Below are positions 54,822-60,088 of a stretch of DNA of 60,088 bases, one piece after another. The DNA comes from Oscillospiraceae bacterium. GTDB taxonomy: Bacteria > Bacillota > Clostridia > Oscillospirales > Ruminococcaceae. The translations under genes and the position numbers were made by a program. A model generated the notes under the pieces. That model searched no databases and was not told the origin of the DNA. It was given only the letters and a program-made list of their open reading frames with translations. Within the stretch, counting starts at the first letter, position 1, and each line of letters opens with the position of its first letter. Where the stretch lies: contig JAHHUD010000001.1 in NCBI GenBank assembly GCA_020024185.1, positions 1-60,088 of the forward strand. Reading direction: 5' to 3'.

Positions 54822-57800
54822 TATCCTTTTCCTCCTTTACTGTAAACTGTGCCTTTTCTCTAGGTTTCATACGGCTAAACTCTTGACATATACAACGATA
54901 ACCACACCAGTCACAGCTTGTTTTTCCATTGCCCAAATCTATTGGCAAGTTATCAAAGTCACCGTTGTATACACCTTCTGCCATTTCTTTTATTTTATTT
55001 TGAGAGTATTCAAGAATTGTATGAAACATCTTTTCACTTACAATTTCACTGCCAGATGTACTTTTGAGTTTATCTTCACCTTTTATAACTCCATATTCAC
55101 CACTACAATTTTCATCAAAACCTTTTGACACAATTTCTTCCTGAAGAGCCATTCCTGTAGGAGTATATAATCCACCTTCATCATCAAACTTAAATGCAGC
55201 ATCACTTGGCTGATACATAACCGCAGCAGGAACACTGTTTTGTGCAAAAGTTTTGCTTGATAAAACACTGTTCATATACAAAAGCAATTGGTTTGATATT
55301 CCGTTATATACATCATCAAGGCTAAAGGTTTTTGTGCCGGTTTTATAGTCCACTATTCTAATATAGTTTTTCCCATTTTCTTTCATAATATCAATTCTGT
55401 CACATACACCGACAACACTCACTTTTTTACCGTTATCAAGTTTTATTGTTATAGGTTTTATGTCACTGTCAAAGGTAATTGGTTTTTCAAAAGCAACCGG
55501 ATGGAACATTGACGCTTTTTGTTCTGTGTGTATATATGCCAAAAGTTGCAAAGCATTTTCTTTCATATCTCGGCTTAATGATTTAAATCTTGCTGTATCT
55601 TGAACTTGTTCCGGATAATTTTCTGCAAGATAATCAGAAACTGCTTTTTCTGCCTGTTTTTCTATTATATTCCAAGGTGTTTTATAATAATCTTCCTTGT
55701 ATTCTTCCATAACTTTTTGAGCTATATTATGAAGATAATCACCAGCTTGTCTTTGGCTTAATTTTGCTTTTTCTATGGGATAAACTTTGAGAATATTTTT
55801 TACAAAATATCCAAAAGCACATTTATAATAATTTTCTGATGCAGTTGGAGATATTATCATGTGTTCTCCCAAAAATTCATTTATAAAATCAAGATTTTCA
55901 ACGTTAAAATTTCTGTGGTTTATCTGTGGAACGGATATATTGAGATTATCTAAAATCACATTGCTGTCACTGCCTTTTGTTTCTCCCAAATACTGTATAA
56001 AAAATTCTTTTGTAACACAATAATCTTCTATTGAAAGTGTATCTTCTTTAATGTTTAATGCGTCTTTTATTCCTTCAATTTCAGCTGATAAAATCTCTTG
56101 ACTATCAATATTTCTTGTTGCACATGATATGAATAATTTTTCTCTTGCTGTTGTAAGCGTCTTGTAAAAATAAAGATTTTCAAAGGCAAATCTCTGTGTA
56201 AAATCACTGCTTATTTCAAACTGATTCTCCTTTAAATACTGTATATCTGCACTTGAAAGTATTCCACCTTCCGAAACAATTTTCGGAAATACATCTTGAC
56301 TTGCACCAAGTACAAATACAATTTTAACAGCATTAATTTTCATTCTCTGTGGGGTAGAAATCATAACACAGTCCTGTGTTTCCGGTGCAAATCCAATCTC
56401 TGTACCGGATACCATAAGCATAAATAATTCCTGCATTTGATTTGCATTCATAACCATTTGTCCACATATACGATAAAGCTGGTCAATACATGATATAGCA
56501 GCTTCCCATTGACGCACAAATAAATCTGATTTTTCTTTATCTGCTGTATTATTTATAATTTCTTCTAAGATTGCCTCACTGTTAAGTTTATCTACAATAT
56601 CATACATTTGAGTGAGAATATCTTCACCGGGACACTCTTCGCCTTTTTGGCATTTGGAAAATACATTATTGATATTATCTACAAGACTGTTTATCTGAGA
56701 TAAAATCTCAACATCTTTATCATTTTCACCGTTTACCAGTCCTTGATATGGCAAAGTAAACTTTTTTGACCAATCAAGTTCATGGTCTTGCCAAATATAC
56801 AGATAGTTTTCAAGATAATCTATTGTTTCTTTATCAAAACCAGTCAACCCAGTTTTAAGTAATGGTAAAATAGTTTCTCCTTTTATACCTTTTGCCATAA
56901 CCTCCAAAATATTTTTAAACAATACAACCGGTGCACTCACTGTTATAATTCTTGATTGGTCTATAAAATATGGCATTTGTGCAAGGGAAAAACTTTCCTG
57001 TAATTGATGTTCATACTTATCAATTTGAGGACAAACTATGGCTATATCTGTATATCTGTATCCATCTTTAACAAGATTGTTTATCTTTGCTATAACATAG
57101 CTGACCTCTTCAAATTGATTTGCAAATACATTTATATATGCGTTCTCACTTTCTGTTTTAGTTACATCTTTACCAAGCAGAAAGTCATCTATATCTGCCA
57201 AAGTTTCATTTAAAAATCTATGCTTTGTGGAAAGTTTTGTTATCGGTGCAATTCTTACCCCTGCTTTTTTTGCAAGATTTATAAGTCTTTGGGCTGTTAT
57301 AGCAGTATAGCTTAAAGGGTGTATACCATTTGAATTATCAAAATGATTATCTGCTGTCAATGTGATGTAAACATTTTCTGCTTTTTCCATCATTCTGGAT
57401 AATATTTGGTACTGTCCATAGGTAAAACTTTCAAACCCGTCAACAAAAACATTTGTGCTGTCAGTATATCTTTCAGGCAATGTTTGGCTAAGATTTATAT
57501 ACATATCCTCCATATCCCCTTCAGAATTTTTCACATCAGCAGAATATTGGCTATAAATCATTGATATATCTTTTAATTTTCCGTTTATTGCAGGTGCAGA
57601 CTGTGCAACAGAAAACAAACTGTCACTATCTATGCCGTTTCTTTTAAAATCTTCAAATACCTTTGCCAGTTCAAAAGAAAATTTTACATTTTGAAGTTGC
57701 CTGTCATAAGAAGATAAGTGTTTTTGTACACTCTGCATACTTTTTCTTGCAATAACAGCTTTGCCTGCATCATCAAGTAAAAGCGGCATAATTTTGCCGT

Positions 57801-58023
57801 CTTCACTTAATACATCACGAAAAAGCGAAGTAAAACTAAATACATCAACTAAGCCAAACTGACTTTTTTCAAGCATAGAGTAAACTTCACTTTCACCTGT
57901 TTTACTAAACTGCTCAGGAATTATAAGCATACTTTTAATATCATTTTGAGCGTTTTCAAGTATTTTTTTCATTATATAAGAACTTTTGCCTGTTCCGGCA
58001 GTTCCTAAAATAAGGTGTAGCAT
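54814..58023 (-). CDS. addB: ATP-dependent helicase/deoxyribonuclease subunit B
   Basis: N-terminal GTAGTGKS, C-terminal nuclease (RIVDYKTG), and an Fe-S cysteine cluster (upstream C plus CDWCGYRCIC). 1069 aa. Confidence 0.93.
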   Translation of the reverse strand: MLHLILGTAGTGKSSYIMKKILENAQNDIKSMLIIPEQFSKTGESEVYSMLEKSQFGLVDVFSFTSLFRDVLSEDGKIMPLLLDDAGKAVIARKSMQSVQKHLSSYDRQLQNVKFSFELAKVFEDFKRNGIDSDSLFSVAQSAPAINGKLKDISMIYSQYSADVKNSEGDMEDMYINLSQTLPERYTDSTNVFVDGFESFTYGQYQILSRMMEKAENVYITLTADNHFDNSNGIHPLSYTAITAQRLINLAKKAGVRIAPITKLSTKHRFLNETLADIDDFLLGKDVTKTESENAYINVFANQFEEVSYVIAKINNLVKDGYRYTDIAIVCPQIDKYEHQLQESFSLAQMPYFIDQSRIITVSAPVVLFKNILEVMAKGIKGETILPLLKTGLTGFDKETIDYLENYLYIWQDHELDWSKKFTLPYQGLVNGENDKDVEILSQINSLVDNINNVFSKCQKGEECPGEDILTQMYDIVDKLNSEAILEEIINNTADKEKSDLFVRQWEAAISCIDQLYRICGQMVMNANQMQELFMLMVSGTEIGFAPETQDCVMISTPQRMKINAVKIVFVLGASQDVFPKIVSEGGILSSADIQYLKENQFEISSDFTQRFAFENLYFYKTLTTAREKLFISCATRNIDSQEILSAEIEGIKDALNIKEDTLSIEDYCVTKEFFIQYLGETKGSDSNVILDNLNISVPQINHRNFNVENLDFINEFLGEHMIISPTASENYYKCAFGYFVKNILKVYPIEKAKLSQRQAGDYLHNIAQKVMEEYKEDYYKTPWNIIEKQAEKAVSDYLAENYPEQVQDTARFKSLSRDMKENALQLLAYIHTEQKASMFHPVAFEKPITFDSDIKPITIKLDNGKKVSVVGVCDRIDIMKENGKNYIRIVDYKTGTKTFSLDDVYNGISNQLLLYMNSVLSSKTFAQNSVPAAVMYQPSDAAFKFDDEGGLYTPTGMALQEEIVSKGFDENCSGEYGVIKGEDKLKSTSGSEIVSEKMFHTILEYSQNKIKEMAEGVYNGDFDNLPIDLGNGKTSCDWCGYRCICQEFSRMKPREKAQFTVKEEKDSE

Positions 58024-58093
58024 ACTATACCTCCATTATTATCATTCATATTTTATTATTGTATCATATACAAATTATAAAATAAAATATATA

Positions 58094-58135
58094 AATAAAA
58101 AGGCTATCTATGCTGTCGATTTATAGCACAGATAG
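58094..58135 (-). terminator. Intrinsic terminator after the THUMP methyltransferase gene
   Basis: Minus RNA CTATCTGTGCT / AGCATAGATAG forms an 11-bp stem (one G-U pair) with a 10-nt loop, followed by CCTTTTTATTT. Confidence 0.7.
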
Positions 58136-58151
58136 TCTTTTTCATAATCAA

Positions 58152-59282
58152 TTATTTTTTATCTTTTTTATCGCCATAGTACATATATAACTGGCAAGGA
58201 ATCATACCGTTATAAAGTTTTCTGCGTTTTGTTGCTTTTTTGCCAAAATTATTTTCAAATTCTGCATCAGCTGTAATTATATAGCTTGATTTTACAGTAT
58301 TTTGTTCCAATCTTTTGGAAAGTGTTTTTTCAAGCTGTGTTGCAGTATCTATATCACCAAGGCGTTCTCCGTATGGTGGGTTTGTGATAACAACAGAGTC
58401 ACTCTGTGGAGAAAAGCTTTTTACATCAGCCTCAAAAAAACTTATAACACTGCCAACACCTGCTTTTTGTGCATTTTGTTTTGCAATTTCAAGAACCAAT
58501 GGGTCAATATCAAAACCATAAGCCTTAAACGGCACATCACGGTTTATTGCCATTCTTGCTTTTGTTCTTTCTTCTTCCCATATTTCCTTGGGAATAAAAG
58601 CATATTCTTCTGCTGCAAATTTTCTCTTTAATCCCGGTGCAATATTCAAAGCTTTTTGAGCAGCTTCTATAAGCAAAGTACCACTGCCGGTAAATGGGTC
58701 TTGAATAATGCTGTCACTTCTAACTCTTGCAAGGTCAACGATAGCAGCTGCCAAAGTTTCTTTTATTGGCGCATCACCACTGTTTCTGCGATATCCACGT
58801 TTGTGCAAACCATCACCGGAAGTATCAAGCATAACAGAAACAATATCTTTTCTTATCGCAACTCTTATTTTATATAAGTTGCCTGTTTCTGAAAGAATTT
58901 TTGTATCGTGTCCTTTTTTAAGACTTTCTACAATAGCTTTTTTAACAATTTTCTGACAAGCAGGAACACTTGAAAGTGTTGATGACAAAGAAGAACCTTT
59001 TACCGGAAATTGTGCATCTTTTGGCATAATTTTTGCCCAGTTGATACTATAAACTCCGTCAAACAATTCATCAAAAGTTCTTGCTTTAAATTCTTTTAAA
59101 AGTATAACAACTCTTTCTGCTGTTCTCAAATTTATGTTTGCAGCGGCAATTATTCTTTCATCACCTTTAAAAGTAACTTTTCCGTCTGTAACCTGTATAT
59201 CAGTTGCTCCAAGCTTTTTAACCTCGTAGTTAAGCACAGATTCTGTACCAAAATAACAAGGTGCTATTAATGTATATTGCAT
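58152..59282 (-). CDS. THUMP-domain class I SAM-dependent RNA methyltransferase (RlmK/L, YpsC-like)
   Basis: N-terminal THUMP region, SAM fold (DPFTGSGTLLIEAA), catalytic NPPYGERLG. Start moved to the ATG at 59280-59282 with an AAGAGAGG RBS. Confidence 0.88.
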   Translation of the reverse strand: MQYTLIAPCYFGTESVLNYEVKKLGATDIQVTDGKVTFKGDERIIAAANINLRTAERVVILLKEFKARTFDELFDGVYSINWAKIMPKDAQFPVKGSSLSSTLSSVPACQKIVKKAIVESLKKGHDTKILSETGNLYKIRVAIRKDIVSVMLDTSGDGLHKRGYRRNSGDAPIKETLAAAIVDLARVRSDSIIQDPFTGSGTLLIEAAQKALNIAPGLKRKFAAEEYAFIPKEIWEEERTKARMAINRDVPFKAYGFDIDPLVLEIAKQNAQKAGVGSVISFFEADVKSFSPQSDSVVITNPPYGERLGDIDTATQLEKTLSKRLEQNTVKSSYIITADAEFENNFGKKATKRRKLYNGMIPCQLYMYYGDKKDKK

Positions 59283-59310
59283 CAAGTAAACCTCTCTTTG
59301 TAAATACAAA

Positions 59311-59346
59311 ACAATTTAAATAGAGCTCCATATCAAATGGAGCTCT
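59311..59346 (-). terminator. Hairpin terminator after hpf
   Basis: AGAGCTCCAT (59322-59331) / ATGGAGCTCT (59337-59346), perfect 10-bp stem with a 5-nt loop. Weakly U-rich tail. Confidence 0.5.
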
Positions 59347-59361
59347 TTATATTATATGTGT

Positions 59362-59880
59362 TTATTGTGGTAAAAGCAAGCCATATTTGCCATCTTTACG
59401 TTTATATACAACATTGATTTCTTCTGTTACTATATCTTTAAACATAAAGAATGTATGGTCAAGCATATTCATTTCAAATATAGCATCTTCAACTGATTGA
59501 GGTTCAAGGTCAAATACTTTTTTGCGTACAATTTCGTATTCTTCCTCATCTTCATCAACTGTTGGAAGTAACTCATATTTATAATTTGATTTAAACTTAT
59601 TAGAAATTTTATTTTTATTTTTAATAATTTGAGATTCAAGTTTTTCAACTGCTGCTTCCAAAGCCAATTCCATTTTTGGAGCACTCTTTTCACTTCTAAA
59701 AGATACGCCACCATCTTTGATAGTAATTTCAACTGTCTGCCAGTCTTTTTCAACTGTCACTGTAACGAACGCTTGCACTTCCTCTGGGAAGAACTTATCA
59801 AGTTTGTCAAGCTTTTCCTCCACTAAATTCAAGAAATTAGGTTTTAAAGTAACTTTTCTACCTGTTGTGTTTATTTTCAT
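59362..59880 (-). CDS. hpf: Ribosome hibernation promoting factor (long HPF)
   Basis: N-terminal S30AE/YfiA fold (MKINTTGRKVTLKPNFLNLVEEKLDKLDKFF) plus a C-terminal dimerisation domain (...EEINVVYKRKDGKYGLL). AGGAGG RBS. Confidence 0.93.
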   Translation of the reverse strand: MKINTTGRKVTLKPNFLNLVEEKLDKLDKFFPEEVQAFVTVTVEKDWQTVEITIKDGGVSFRSEKSAPKMELALEAAVEKLESQIIKNKNKISNKFKSNYKYELLPTVDEDEEEYEIVRKKVFDLEPQSVEDAIFEMNMLDHTFFMFKDIVTEEINVVYKRKDGKYGLLLPQ

Positions 59881-60088
59881 AATTAATACCTCCTGAGGTG
59901 AAGCTTGATACTAATGTATCTTGTAATTATATTAGCATATTATCTATATTTTTTCAACAGTTAAACATAATTTTTAACATATTTTTCAAAAGATTAAAAT
60001 TTTTACATTTTATCACTTTTCGACAATCTTTTTTGAAACAAGGTGTTATTATATAAACATAAGGCAGACCTGCTTCAGGCTGAGTGGG

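Noticed and set aside
60065-60082. GC-richer hairpin at the window edge (CAGACCTG-CTT-CAGGCTG)
   Set aside because: The stem is 7 bp with a bulge and is truncated by the window end. It could be the terminator of an upstream minus-strand gene or part of an RNA gene, and I cannot tell which.
1-60088. Alternative genetic code (TGA as Trp), CRISPR arrays, tRNA/rRNA genes, IS elements or prophage
   Set aside because: Long uninterrupted ORFs under the standard code, with TGG Trp codons, argue against code 4. No spaced direct-repeat arrays were seen. The intergenic gaps are short and AT-rich, with no tRNA-like GC-rich cloverleaf segments. No transposase or integrase-like ORFs were found. This was done by eye only, and a tRNA or CRISPR scanning tool should confirm it.

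Overview
AT-rich chromosomal segment of the low-GC Firmicutes type (Clostridia-like gene content: AddAB, T-box, L20 leader, DUF512-der-plsY, rnc-smc-ftsY, dprA-topA-trmFO). I call 52 protein genes. 49 are on the minus strand, most are tightly packed or overlapping, and almost all are core housekeeping: translation, recombination and repair, phospholipid synthesis, tRNA/rRNA modification. One real gene, rpsU (58 aa), is missing from the ORF track. Two cis-regulatory RNAs can be read directly: a Cys T-box upstream of cysS and an L20-type attenuator upstream of infC. Several sigma-A promoters match the consensus exactly or nearly (TTGACA-17-TATAAT), and there are many intrinsic terminators. I saw no rRNA, tRNA, CRISPR array, transposase, integrase, phage gene or recognisable defence gene. 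I cannot point to a convincing novel multi-gene system; this looks like an ordinary core region. The least explained items are: (1) a YtrA-type GntR / ABC ATPase / 735-aa permease module with a ~350-aa C-terminal domain of unknown function; (2) a perfect 21-23 bp palindrome over the predicted recA transcription start that is not a canonical Cheo/LexA box; (3) an orphan 133-aa P-loop protein; (4) a fused NadD-YqeK protein; (5) a lipoprotein with three DxDNDG-like motifs ahead of a two-component system; (6) a PadR-like gene whose natural ATG is out of frame at an A6 tract; (7) a candidate plsX promoter with a palindrome on its -10 and a structured leader. All protein calls rest on motifs I recognise by eye, since no searches could be run. 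Coordinates of small elements were counted by hand.
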